64,000 nt of DNA, taken from the NCBI GenBank assembly GCA_964016885.1, contig OZ024743.1:52762001-52826000 (forward strand). Reading direction: 5' to 3'. Position 1 is the first letter of the stretch. The number at the start of each line of letters is the position of its first letter. Under the pieces are notes generated by a model. That model worked only from the letters and a program-made list of their open reading frames with translations. It did no database searches and was not told the origin of the DNA. The position numbers and the translations under genes were made by a program. The stretch comes from Eledone cirrhosa. Lineage: Eukaryota. Shown one piece after another: positions 13,938 to 25,787 of this stretch.

Positions 13938-14611
13938 GTTGTTGGTGGTGTTGTTGTTGGTGGTGTTGGTGGTGGTGATGTTGTTGGTGTTGGTGTTGTT
14001 GGTGTTGGTGTTGTTGGGGGTGTTGGTGTTGTTGGTGTTGTTGGTGTTGTTAGTGGTGTTGTTGGTGATGTTGTTGGTGTTGTTGGTGATGTTGTTGTTG
14101 GTGGTTTTGGTGATGTTGTTAGTGGTGTTGTTGGTGATGTTGTTGGTGATGTTGTTGGTGATGTTGTTGGTGATGTTGTTGGTGTTGTTGGTGTTGTTGT
14201 TGTTGTTGGTGGTGGTGTTGTTGGTGTTGTTGTTGGTGTTGTTGTTGGTGGTGTTGGTGATGTTGTTAGTGGTGTTGTTGGTGATGTTGTTGGTGATGTT
14301 GTTGGTGATGTTGTTGGTGATGTTGTTGGTGGTGTTGTTGTTGGTGTTGTTAGTGGTGTTGTTGGTGGTGTTGTTGGTGTTGGTGTTGTTGTTGGTGGTG
14401 TTGTTGGTGTTGTTGTTGGGGATGTTGTTGGTGATGTTGTTGGTGTTGTTGTTGGTGGTGTTGTTGTTGGTGTTGTTAGTGGTGTTGTTGGTGTTGGTGT
14501 TGTTGTTGGTGGTGTTGTTGGTGTTGGTGTTGTTGTTGGTGGTGTTGTTGGTGTTGTTGTTGGGGATGTTGTTGTTGGTGGTGTTGTTGGTGTTGTTGTT
14601 GGTGGTGTTGG

Positions 14612-14675
<64 letters not shown>

Positions 14676-14692
14676 GGTGGTGGTAGTGTTGT
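13938..14692. repeat. (GTT/GGT/GAT)n degenerate triplet repeat
   Basis: Direct inspection. Confidence 0.95.
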
Positions 14693-14814
14693 TTACAACA
14701 CAACAAATGATAATAATAATAATAAATGGGTTAATCCGAATTTTTCCGTAAAAAAGTAACACAACATTAAAAATAACCCTAATGCAACCCAGTATTATAT
14801 ATATATATATATAT

Positions 14815-15713
14815 TAATTGTGTATGGTTGATGGTATATTTAGTCAGTTTCTACACGCTGTCGAAATGTTGGATAAATACTCTATTGGGGCCACCGCGAA
14901 GAGGCCGCTTTCGGTTATTTGTCGGAAATTTCTTCATAAGAGCCTTTATTCTTATAGCTTGGTCTAATTGATTTTTTATATGGTTAATTATGCTAATTGG
15001 GAGAGGAAATGGTATATATTTTATCTAATAATTCTAAGGACATGATTTATGATATATTGCTCTGATTATTTAGTTTATTAATTCTTCATAGAGCTACAAC
15101 GTGACCGGTTGCAACATATATATCTATGACTTTATGTTTATGTATATGTAAACCTTTATATTTAATAATCTCCCGATAGGTTGAGATACAATTGGGTGAT
15201 ATTAGGCTGCGCTTTTTAGCAACAAGCCTACCTGCCGTAAGCAACTCATCACATTCTTTCTAACTTGACCACTGCAACGTCACGATTCTTAGCCATTTTT
15301 TAATCTATTTTTGGCGCGATCACTTTGGAAAACTAAATGTCTAATTTTGAATTTGTCTCCTGATGAATCCGATACTCCAGACATATCCTATTAATTGGAC
15401 GTCTAAAAATACGGATGAAACCATGGTAGAGATATAATTACGGTATGTACACATTTCTTCTAAGTTTGAATTTGCACCTAATTGTGTATGGTTGATGGTA
15501 TATTTAGTCAGTTTCTACACGCTGTCGAAATGTTGGATAAATACTCTATTGGGGCCACCGCGAAGAGGCCGCTTTCGGTTATTTGTCGGAAATTTCTTCA
15601 TAAGAGCCTTTATTCTTATAGCTTGGTCTAATTGATTTTTTATATGGTTAATTATGCTAATTGGGAGAGGAAATGGTATATATTTTATCTAATAATTCTA
15701 AGGACATGATTTA

Positions 15714-15720
<7 letters not shown>
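14815..15720 (+). mobile_element. Retrozyme/pLTR-like element, family C: 664-bp unit with ~240-bp direct terminal redundancy
   Basis: TAATTGTGTATGGTTGATGG... starts at both 14815 and 15479. Internal HHR. (TA)n flanks. Confidence 0.85.
15354..15434 (+). ncRNA. Type I HHR (family C), predicted cleavage after GUA at 15428
   Basis: TGTCTC-CTGATGA-ATCCG...CGGAT-GAAA-CCATGG-TA-GAGATA. Confidence 0.88.
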
Positions 15721-15763
<43 letters not shown>

Positions 15764-15769
15764 TATATA

Positions 15770-18700
15770 GTGAAAAATGGAACGGGAACAAAACAGAGAG
15801 GCAGTAAGAACAAAGGTTTATTAGTTTCACGCTCTTGAGAGTGGGGAGGGGGGACGTTTCAAGCATAAGCCCTTCTTCAGGCGAAAAGTGGGTGGGAAGA
15901 GAGTTCCGAGGGTGTGTAGGGGAGTGGAAGAGAGACATTTAGAAAAGGGGGGGAGAGGTGGAAGGGGTACAAATAAAAATAAAAATAAAAATAAATAAAC
16001 ATGAAGATAAACAAGTGGTGGAAGGATCTGGGGCGTATAGGGGTGGTGGCGGGTGGAGTGGGGAGAGGTAGGCGAGGTGTCCGAGCGGGGAGGACTGAAG
16101 GTGGTGTATGTGTGTAGGTGTACGTGTGTGTGTGAGAGTTGGGGGAAGAACGAGGTTCCATGTTCAGGAAAAGGTGTGTGTGGGGTGGGGTGTAGGTCGG
16201 CGTGTGTGTGCGTGTGGATGGGGAGGGGTCAGAGGGGTGGGGGAGGAGGGGGGGGGACGATTCCGGAGGCTGAGTGTGTATATATGTGGGGGTACGCACG
16301 TGTGTGTGGTGTTTATACGTTTTGTGGATGTAGGTGGCGTTGTTCGAAAAAAATGTTTGTGAGTGTATGTCCGTGGGTAAGTTCCTAAGGTAGTTCCGTA
16401 GAGGGTGTGAAGAGCTGCCGGATATTTTCCATGTGGTGGAGTAGATAGTGGGAACGATGGCCAATGGTGTGTAATCCGTGGTTGTGGTAATCGGAAGAGG
16501 GGAGATGTGGGGTGCGCGCGCAACAGGAAGTGCTCAGAGGGTCAAGGCAGGAGGAGGGTAGAGGAGTGACAGGTGGAGAGGACTGTGTGTCTGTGTGTGC
16601 GGAGAAGTGGTCAGAGGGTCAAGGCATAGCAGAGGTAGAGGAGAATGGCAGGTGGAGAAAGTTAGTGTGTCAGTGTGTGCGGAGGTGCGGGGTACAGGGG
16701 AGAGGATGGGTAGGTGTGAAAGGTGGAGTGGGGAGGGGGTCATGTGGGGGGATGGGGTGTGTATTGGTAGAGGTGTTAGTGGGATGTATGTGTGTGTGTG
16801 AAGGGGCGTGGGTGGAGCGGGGAGAGGGAGAGAAAAGGTGTGGAGGGAGTGTAGTGTACTGGTGCGTGTGTGCGTGTTTGGATGAGTGTGTGTGTGGTGA
16901 AGGGGGTGTTAGTGGATGTTAGTATACTGGTGGTGGGGAAAGGGTTGAATGCGGGTGTGTTAGTGGGGGTCAGTGGTGGTAGGGTGTGTAGAGTGGGTGG
17001 TGTAAGTGGGTGTGGTGGGTGTGTGTGTGTTCGTGTGCGTGGAGTCGGGGGGATGTTACTATTGTTAGTTGTGGGGTGGGCCAAGGGGTTAAGTGGTGAA
17101 AAGGAGGAGTGTGTTAGTGGTGTTAATGGGGGATATGTGTGTGTGGGGGGAGGGGACAGGGCGGTCGAAGGCTAAAGGAATAGGCGTGGGGAGTTCAGGC
17201 GGTAGGGGAGTGTGGGTCTGTAGGGTGAAGATGGTGCGTTGTTCGACCCTGAGGCGGGTGGCGGGTGTTCCGTGGCATTGGAGTAGGCCACAGACTGTGA
17301 GGTGGTGCGCGGAATGTCCAGGAGAGCCAAAGTGGCGGGCGATAGGGGAACTCCCGCCGAGACGAATATCCCGGAGGTGTTCGGTGAAACGGTCAGCCAG
17401 GCGCCGCCCAGTCTGTCCGATGTAGGTTGCGCTGCATTCCGTGCAACGAAGTCCATAGACTAGGTTGGAGGAGGTGCAGCGGAAAGCGTGCCGGATAGAG
17501 AGAGAGAGGCCGTTGGGACCCTGGAAGGTGGTGGTGTTGGTGATCTGGGGGCAGGTGTTACAACGAGGCCTGGAACAGGGAAGGGAACTGGGGGGGGGAG
17601 AGTGTGGTTTGGGGGGTAGTGAGCAGCGGACGAGGAGGGTGCGGAGATTACGTGCGCGTTTGAAGGAGGGGAGTGGTGGGGATGGAAACATGTGGGAGGT
17701 GGAGGGGTTGGACTGGAGGTGTCGGAAGAGGCAGAAAATGGTGCGGTGGAGGGGTAGGGTGGAGGGTGGTAGGTGATGAGGAAGGGGAGACGGTGGGTGG
17801 GTGTGCGGTGGCGTGGGGTGAACGTGGTGGAGCGGTGGACAGCACGGGCGCGAGTGAGGGCGGTGTGGACGAGAGAGAGGGGGGGGGTAACCTCTGCGGA
17901 TGAAATAGCTGACTAGGGAAAGGGCCTGGGACTCAAAGTCAGCATCTCGGCTGCAGAGGGGTTGGGAGTAGGGAATAGAGTGTTTAGTGTATGTGGGGTG
18001 GGAAGAGGTGAAGTCGAGGTAGGAGTGGGAGTCGGTGGGTTTGAAGAAGGCGGAGGTGACGAGGGAGTGGTGGGAGGGGTCGATGGCGACGGAGATGTCT
18101 AAGAAGTGGACGTGGGTGGTGGAGATAGAGGTGGTGAAGTGGACGGGTGGGGGGGGGGGGGAGCAGAAGAAGGAGAGAAAGGAGTCGAGCTGTTCTCGGG
18201 TGAGGGTCGTGGCTCCGATACAGTCGTCGATGTAACGACCGTACAGTTCGGCCGTGGGGCCAGTGTACTGGGCAAAGATTTGGGCCTCAACAAGGCCAAC
18301 GAAAAGGTTGGCATAGTTTGGGCCCATTCTTGTGCCCATGGCTACTCCGTGACCTGTTGGTAAAACTCATCCGAGAAGGAGAAGCAGTTGAGGGTGAGGA
18401 CCAGCTCGGCGAGGCGAAGGAGTGTGGGGTGGAAGGGATGGGGGAGGGGCAAAGGTCGAGGTAGTGCTTGAGGGCACGTAGGCCGTCGGCGTGGGGAATG
18501 ACAGTATAAAGCGACTTGATATCTAGGGTGAAGAGGAAGGGCTGTGGGCCGGGTGGGAAGGTGAAGGAGTTGAATAGGCGAAGGACGTGGTTGGTGTCGG
18601 AGATGTGGGAGGGGAGGGTGGTGACGAGGGGGGCGAGGATGGAGTCAAGAAAGGCGGAGATGAGTTCGGTGGGGCTGTTGCAAGCGGAGACGATGGGGCG

Positions 18701-19232
18701 GTCGGGGTTGTCGGGTTTGTGGAGTTTGGGGAGGAAGTAGATAGTGGGGTGCGGGGGTTGCGGACGATGAGGTGGGAAGCGGGGGAGGGAGGAGGGAAGA
18801 GGAGACAAGGTGTTGGATGGTGGAGGAAACTTGTTGTTGGTAGAGGGGTGTGGGGTCGGAGGGTAGAGGGCGGTAGAAGAGGGGGTTACGGAGCTGCCTG
18901 AGGGCTTCAGCCGTGTAGAGGTCAGCGCGCCACACCCTCACGGCGCCTCCCTTGTCCGCCGGTTTGATGACGATGTCATCTCGGCTACGGAGGCAGCGGA
19001 GAGAGAGGAGTTCACCCCGTGAGATGTTATGCCGTTTGGACCGGTGGCGGAAGTCGAAGCGATTTACTGCGCTACGGAAGGCGTCGACGAACGCGTCCAG
19101 GGTGCTAAATTGCCCTGGGGCCGGCGTCAAAGACGATGGTCGTCGGCCCAGGGCGAGAAACGGGTCTGGGGCGTTCGGAACCGATGGCGTTTGATGAAAA
19201 TGTGCCTGTAGCTTAGTGCGATAGGAAAAGAA
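15770..19232 (-). mobile_element. Near-complete, frameshifted, GC-rich Penelope-like element with long 3' region
   Basis: Consecutive frames: IVIKPADKGGAV, YFLPKLHKPDNP.RPIVS, LDIKSLYTVIPH, MGTRMGPNYANLF, RYIDD, FLDI, KPTDSHSYL, C..PRCNTC, LVYGLRC...YIGQTGRRLADRFTEH (GIY-YIG). 3' HHR-like motif then AATAAA near 15816-15821. Confidence 0.93.
15853..15888 (-). ncRNA. Minimal HHR-like motif in the PLE 3' terminus
   Basis: Minus: CTGAAGA-AGGGCTTATGCTT-GAAAC-GTC. Stem I is poorly paired. Confidence 0.55.
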
Positions 19233-19425
19233 TCAAGACCCCGACGACAGAGTACAAGCCGTTTCGATGGCTCTATTTCTGGAGTGTCCAGAAATAGCCG
19301 TCGAAACGTCTTGAGCTCTGCCGTCGGGGTCTTGACTATTTTTTATTACCCACTCTACTACCCAAAGTATCGAGTACTCTGGTGCGTTATGGTCCACCTG
19401 CTTCCTTACCACACTTCCTTCGCTA
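19233..19425 (+). mobile_element. PLE terminal-repeat-like sequence with hairpin (arms 19233-19283 and 19287-19335)
   Basis: Same family flanks the RT fragment at 53915-54318. Confidence 0.7.
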
Positions 19426-19469
19426 CAGCTCGTAGTATATGAAATATAATAAAGGAACACTGGCGAGAA

Positions 19470-19930
19470 GTTAAGGAGGAGAGAAGCTCATCAGTGACCA
19501 GCACGCCAAATTAGAACACGAGGGTTCAGTAGATAACATAGAAATAAAGATCCTATCCACACATAGAACTGAGGCAACATTCAGACAAATTACGGAGGCC
19601 ACACACATAATAGAAGATAGACCTAGCCTGAACAGAAACCTCGAGTTGAATACTATCAGCCTGCAACCGAACTGAAGACAGAGTAGGGGAAAATCACAAA
19701 CAGTGAAAATACAAGCTCCCATACACACATAAAACGCACATAGACATGACAAACATAAAGACACACACAGGCGAAGGCGCAGGCGCATGCGCAGACAGAA
19801 ATTACGGAAAACGTACCACAAAACAAAAGACAAGATGAAGCAACAGTTTAAGACCCGAAAGAAGGCACAAAAGAAAACAGATTGTCATTGAGGAGGTTAC
19901 AGAATGTGTGACGAAAGAACTTTGACGAAC
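19470..19930 (+). pseudogene. PLE 3' remnant: GIY-YIG C-terminus and degenerate HHR (19882-19928)
   Basis: HAKLEHEGSVDNIEIKILSTHR...FRQITEATHI...LNRNLE resembles 5660-5820. TTGTCA-TTGAGGA-GGTTAC..GTGAC-GAAA-GAAC-TT-TGACGA. Confidence 0.7.
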
Positions 19931-20191
19931 TAACGAATAACTAGTAATAAAAATAAAGTGAAAAAGTAAAAGTCATATGAGGCGCGTATTTCTTTTTATT
20001 GGGCAATACTAACATGACCATCCCCAAATATAATAACACACAGACACACACACACACACACAGACTCACAGACACACAGGCACACACACAGACTCACAGA
20101 CACACAGGCACACACACAGACACACACACACAGAGACACACACACACACACAGACACACACAGACACACACAGACACACACAGACACACAG

Positions 20192-20223
<32 letters not shown>

Positions 20224-20382
20224 ACACAGACACACAGACACACAGACACACGCACACATACAGACACACACACAAACACACACACACACACGTACACACA
20301 CAGACACACAGACACACATACATACACACATAGACACACACACACATACACACACATACACAGACACACATACACACACATA

Positions 20383-20421
<39 letters not shown>

Positions 20422-21127
20422 ATACACACACACAGACAGACACACACAGACACACACTGACACACACACACACACACGCACACGCACACACACACAGACA
20501 CACATAGACACACACAGACACACACACATAGACACACACACACATAACATCCTTCTCAGTAAATCATTATGCTGACACATACCCGGCTCAATATTTATCA
20601 ATATTATCCTTGCCCTCTGTGTAGCCATAGTTTTGATATATGGGAGATTAAACAGATTAATCTGCTCTCTCTTGGTATTTCTTATACGGGAGACGTTCTG
20701 TGGGTCTCAGTTTGTCGTTGGAACTCTTCTTTTTAAGGCTCAGCTTGAATATTCCCTTATCTGTCGAAAATATTAGATTTTTAGAATATCGTTTTTTTTT
20801 CCCATTCCATTTTGGTTCTTAAAATATCACCAGTCATCTATTCCTTCATATTCTCCGATTCAGCCTACGTTCGAAACATTTGTAACAGTTGGAACCCTGA
20901 CAACGAAGTTCTTATCATTGTTGGGAGTTCGCCTTATCCAAGTGATGCCAGCGAGACTGGTTATTCCAGCGCCTTAGTCTCGCTAACACCCGTAATGATG
21001 TTGTGAATGTATTAGCTTGCCTAAAAGATTATTAGAGAGAAGCTGCCGTACTCCTGTTGTGGCGTGTGATGGAGTATGAGTATCTTTTACCCAACGTTTT
21101 TCTTTTTTATTATTTCTTCCTCCCTTA

Positions 21128-21640
21128 AGGCACTTGATTGGCAGTATCGGTAGAGGGTGGGACGTCATGCTTTGCAGCATAGAGTTACGGCCCTATACGG
21201 ACTGGGTTAAAATCTCGCTGAGGTTAGCTTTGCCTTTAATCCTTACAGGGTCGATAAAATAAAGTACCAGTCACACACTGGGGTTGATTTAGTCGACTTT
21301 CCTCTCCTCTAAAATTACTGGCCTTGTGCCTAAATCATAAACCATTATTTCTTTCTCCCGTTTTATTCTTTCTTTAGTACTATACATATATGAAAATATA
21401 ATTATTATATATATATATATTACTGATTAATTATTGGTTATTGATATATCTCTTAATATTATTTACAGCAGTATCGGTAGAGGGTTGGACGCCATGCTTT
21501 CCAGCATAGTTACGTCCCTTTGCGGTCTGAGTTCGAATCCCGCCAAGGTTAACTTTCATCCTTACGGGGGTCGATAAAATAAAGTACCAGTAATGAACTG
21601 GGTTAATTGCTGGCCTTGTGCCAAAAGTAGAGACAATTAT
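21128..21640 (+). mobile_element. Two SINE copies (21128-21350, 21467-21640)
   Basis: Family head, core and tail. Further copies at ~23440-23560 (-), 44346-44535 (+) and 52120-52287 (-). Confidence 0.85.
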
Positions 21641-23829
21641 TTACAATATTCTTCATAATTGTGTGGGACGGTGGGAGTCTTTATTTATATTATTTCTTGA
21701 TGGGGCTTGTATTTGGCAGAGTTGAAATCGAATTCTATATAAAGAAAATGGATTATTTTTCAGTAAATTTTAAGACAGAAGAAAATTTGTCTCCGCGTCT
21801 GTGTTTACGTTTACTTATGTTCCGTAACTTATCGATTTGACGAGATAGAGATCGATAAGATGAGAACAAGACTAGAAAAATATGCACTAGGGTCGATCAA
21901 CTAAAGTCCTTGAATGTGGGGCCTTATAGCCGCAGTAAAATGACTGAAAACCAGTAAAAGAAATAAAAAAATAAGAGAGAATATGGTTAGTGCTAATGAG
22001 TTTAGTGTGTCAGGGTTTGGTTAGCAAACATTACAGCCATTACTTACTGATGTGTGTTAGTCACAAGTGACAACTTCCTATGTTGTTTTACATTTTTCTT
22101 TCTTTAAACTATGAATAAACAAACAAGAAAAATAAATAATTTTTTCTGGAACGAGGTTGATGATGTAAGACAACAACGCTCTAACTTCTGTTGCCACTGC
22201 TGCTGCTGTTGTTGTTGTTGTTACTGCTGTTGCTACAAATGGCAGACGTACACTAAGGTTGTTAACATCTACCGAGATTCTTGAGTAGGAAGTATGGGTG
22301 GTTGTCTTTCATAGAACCACTTCTGACCATAAGTTTCAACTTCTTGACACAATAAACTACAAACAACACGAAACTGGTTTACTTCACCTCGTCACGAACT
22401 TTACACTCAACAACTCACTTCACCTCGTTACAAGCTTCACTCAGTCCAAACCTTACACTAAACAACTTACTTCACCTCGTCACAAGCTGTACCCAGGCTC
22501 AAACTTTCATATTCTTCTCTTGACAACAAAATTTAAATCTAAATCTTCCAACATAATTTTATATAAGGAACATAATTACTATCTTAGCAATGAAATAATT
22601 GATAATTTAAGTAAATCCCTCAACATTTTTCATTAATTAATGTATTTCATTAGAAATATACTCTATTTCGATTAAGTAAGAAGTTCGAGGGATTTGGTAA
22701 GATTATTAATTATTTAATTGCTTAGATAGTAATTTAGCATATAGTTCTTATATAAAATTAAGTTGGAAGATTTTAATATATATAAGAACCTTTTAAAATG
22801 GCTGTTTTTGGTTCAGAACCAGAGTCAGTTTTAACTTGGTTGGTAACAAATGACAGTTGAAAATGTGCTGAAACTATCTTGCCCTTTTATTCCTTCTATA
22901 TGGGCTCTGACACTTATCTATTCATTTAAACCAAGTAGCTCGGTCATTTTGTATGTCATTATCGCCAAAAGTGAATGTTCTGGAATATTATTAATATTTA
23001 AATATCTCGCTTGGTTAATACACTTGTCTACATTTATCGATTGAAGTTGTTGTTAATTCAAGCAGCTTGGATGTCATACTATTGACGAAACTCCTCAAAA
23101 ACTTGTTGTTAGTGTATAGTAGGTACTTTAACATCACTTAAATTGATTTCATTAAATGCCATCTGACTCGTTGCCTTCTGAACTTGAGCACAACATTTCC
23201 CTGTCTTCTATTTTTCACATTTAACAACTATAGTGGTTTATTTCATTTCTTCATGTACACTATGTACTAAGTGTATTATTTCAGTTCCGCAGTACACATG
23301 ATAGTTCAAACTAAGCTGAAGTTTTGTACTTCAGAATGTGTGTGTGTGAGAGAGGGGGGGGGGGGTGAGAACGAGAAAGGGTGAGAGAGGAGGGGGATAG
23401 CGAGAACGAGAGAGAGAGAGAGAGAGAGGAAGAATAGGCCCAAATACTTGACTGGTGTTTTAATCGACATCGAATGGATGAAAGGTAAAGTTGACTTCTG
23501 CGGGATTAGAACCAAAAGTCAGAACGATCACCGCGAATCGTTCTAACGATTCTGCCAATTCTCTGTTATGTATTAAAAAATACAAATAGCGAATTGTGAC
23601 TCAAAATTTCTGGTGCTGGGTTCGATTCCACTATACGACATTTTTGGGTAGGTGTGCCAACCATATCCTAGGGTCAACCCAAGCGTTGTGAGGGGAAATT
23701 GGGTTGACATAAACTGTGTGGAAGTCCGCCAGATTGATTGTACACGTACCTGATTGAGGGCTTTAATTCATCACCCAAACTCCTGTCCTTGAGTCGCTTT
23801 ATCATAGTCTCTTCTGTTTCAAACACACA

Positions 23830-25735
23830 AACTCATGCGATACATCATAGAGAGGGTAGGGTGTAAACCTGGCTTCGGTGGGGCTCTGATCAATTTAGAT
23901 CAGTCTAAGGCATTTAATAGGGTCAACGATCAATACTTGGAATGGCTACCTATCAGAGCCATTCCAAATCATGCGTTCCACCTGTCAGGGATGCCCTCTC
24001 TCCTCCATTCTGTATGTACTGACTCTCGAGCTGTTACTGCGGAAGTTGGAGCTGTTGCAGGGCATTCCGATCGAACCAGGACTGCGGAAAGAAGAGTCGG
24101 CCTATGCCGACGACATAACCGTAATGGTGTCGAAAACCTCGGAAATCGGGGTAATCGGCAACCTATTACAGGAATACGAAACGTTGACAGGAGCAAGACT
24201 AAACCCAAACAAGTAGGTCGGTTTCCAACTCGGCACATGGAGAGGCAAACCCATGTCTTCCGACAGTGTCGTTGGACGCTGGACGGAAGGACCGGTGAAA
24301 TTACTCGGGGTCTGGTTTGGTCCAGACCTCCAGGTTGAAAAGAACTGGAACGAAGTCACGGCGAAGGTGTTTGCACTCACCCAGAAGCGGGTTGAGTGCA
24401 AACTCTCCTTGAAAGGTCGAGCGGAGGTGGCAAACACTTACATAGCGTCCATCATCTACTACCGCTTGACAATCGTGCCTTGCTCCCGCGAATACCTTAC
24501 CAAAATGGAACGCCTACTCTTCAAGTTCCTCTGGAAGAAACAGGCTCCATTGGTGAGGAGATCCATCTGCTGTCAACACCCTTCTAACGGAGGGATGGGC
24601 ATGCCGTGGCTGCTGATGCGCAAACATGCGCTGAGGTTACGCCATCTATAGGTATTCCTGACCGGTGAACCGGTGTGGCTGTCGTTTGTGAGACAAGCTC
24701 TTCCACAACTCGTCTCACTAACAGAGCTGCAGTCCTGGGTCAAGCAAAGACCGAAAATGGGTGCCTGGCACCTCGAGTGCCTACAGGCGCTCACAACCCT
24801 CTACCAAGCGGAAACGGCAATCAGCGGAGACTCCACTTCGACATTCTATAGGGGATTAGTGTAGCATAAGTGTGACGACGTTCTCGGGGAAACTCTAGGC
24901 ATCGAGGAGGACGAATTGACCAGTCTGTTCGGGAGGACTTTCCGTCCAGGGCCTATGGATAACTTCCAGAGGTCTCTGGCCTGGCAGTGCTACCGAGGAG
25001 TTCTACCGGTTCGAGACAAAATCTACAGGCACGGACGCCCTGGCAGAGATTCTGCCAAAAGGACCTGTCCAAGATGCGAGCAGGACATCGAAACCGTTCT
25101 GCACGCAATTGTTCAGTGCCCAGGTGCGACCGACCTGTGGAATTATGTCGAACAGCATACTGTCACGTGTGGGACGCATCCAGTTGTCAGCCGAGTCCAT
25201 CGTGAGGATCACCCCGCCGCCTTCATTTAAGAACGAAGGAGAGGCGGTTTTCCTCTGTCTGGTGGCTATGGCGAAAGAGGTAATATGGTGGACGAGGTTA
25301 AAAGGACTGAGGGCAAACACCTTTTTCTCCGGACAACAACTTATCCCCTTCTTTAAGTACCACTTCAGAAGGAAGGAGAGAGTGGAGAGAAAGGTGCTAC
25401 ACCCCAGTAAATTTGCTTAAAGGTGGGTGAATGTGGCGAAAATGGGCCGAGTGAATGGGCCTTCTCTGTATATGAACCTGTAGGTTGAGGAAGATAAACA
25501 GAGGGAAGACGGGAACATCTACAAAACGTGTTCCTGGTGTTGAGGGTTGTTCTACCCACGGGGTGTAAAACAACCCTGCAGTAACGTTCCCCCCTATTGG
25601 GGATTTCAATTGTTATTTTATTATATATAGTTTATTGTTATTTATTAATGTTAAAGTTATTTTTATGTAAAAACCCCGCCGCTACGTCTTGTAATGTCCC
25701 ATTTTTGTACGCCCCTGTGGCAAATAAAGAAAGAT
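23830..25735 (+). pseudogene. 5'-truncated Tx1/L1-clade LINE ORF2 with 3' UTR
   Basis: LDQSKAFNRV, QGCPLS, AYADD, LLGVWF, LSLKGRAEVAN, GGMGMP, CPRC..ETVLHAIVQC. Stops and frameshifts. Ends at AATAAA followed by (CTAT/CTAC)n. Confidence 0.9.
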
Positions 25736-25787
25736 ATCTATCTACCTATCTATCTACCAACCTATCTACCAACCTATCTACCAACCT

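Noticed and set aside
22740-23300. Possible degraded Helitron helicase on the minus strand
   Set aside because: Only vague motif resemblance with many stops; needs tblastn or an HMM search.
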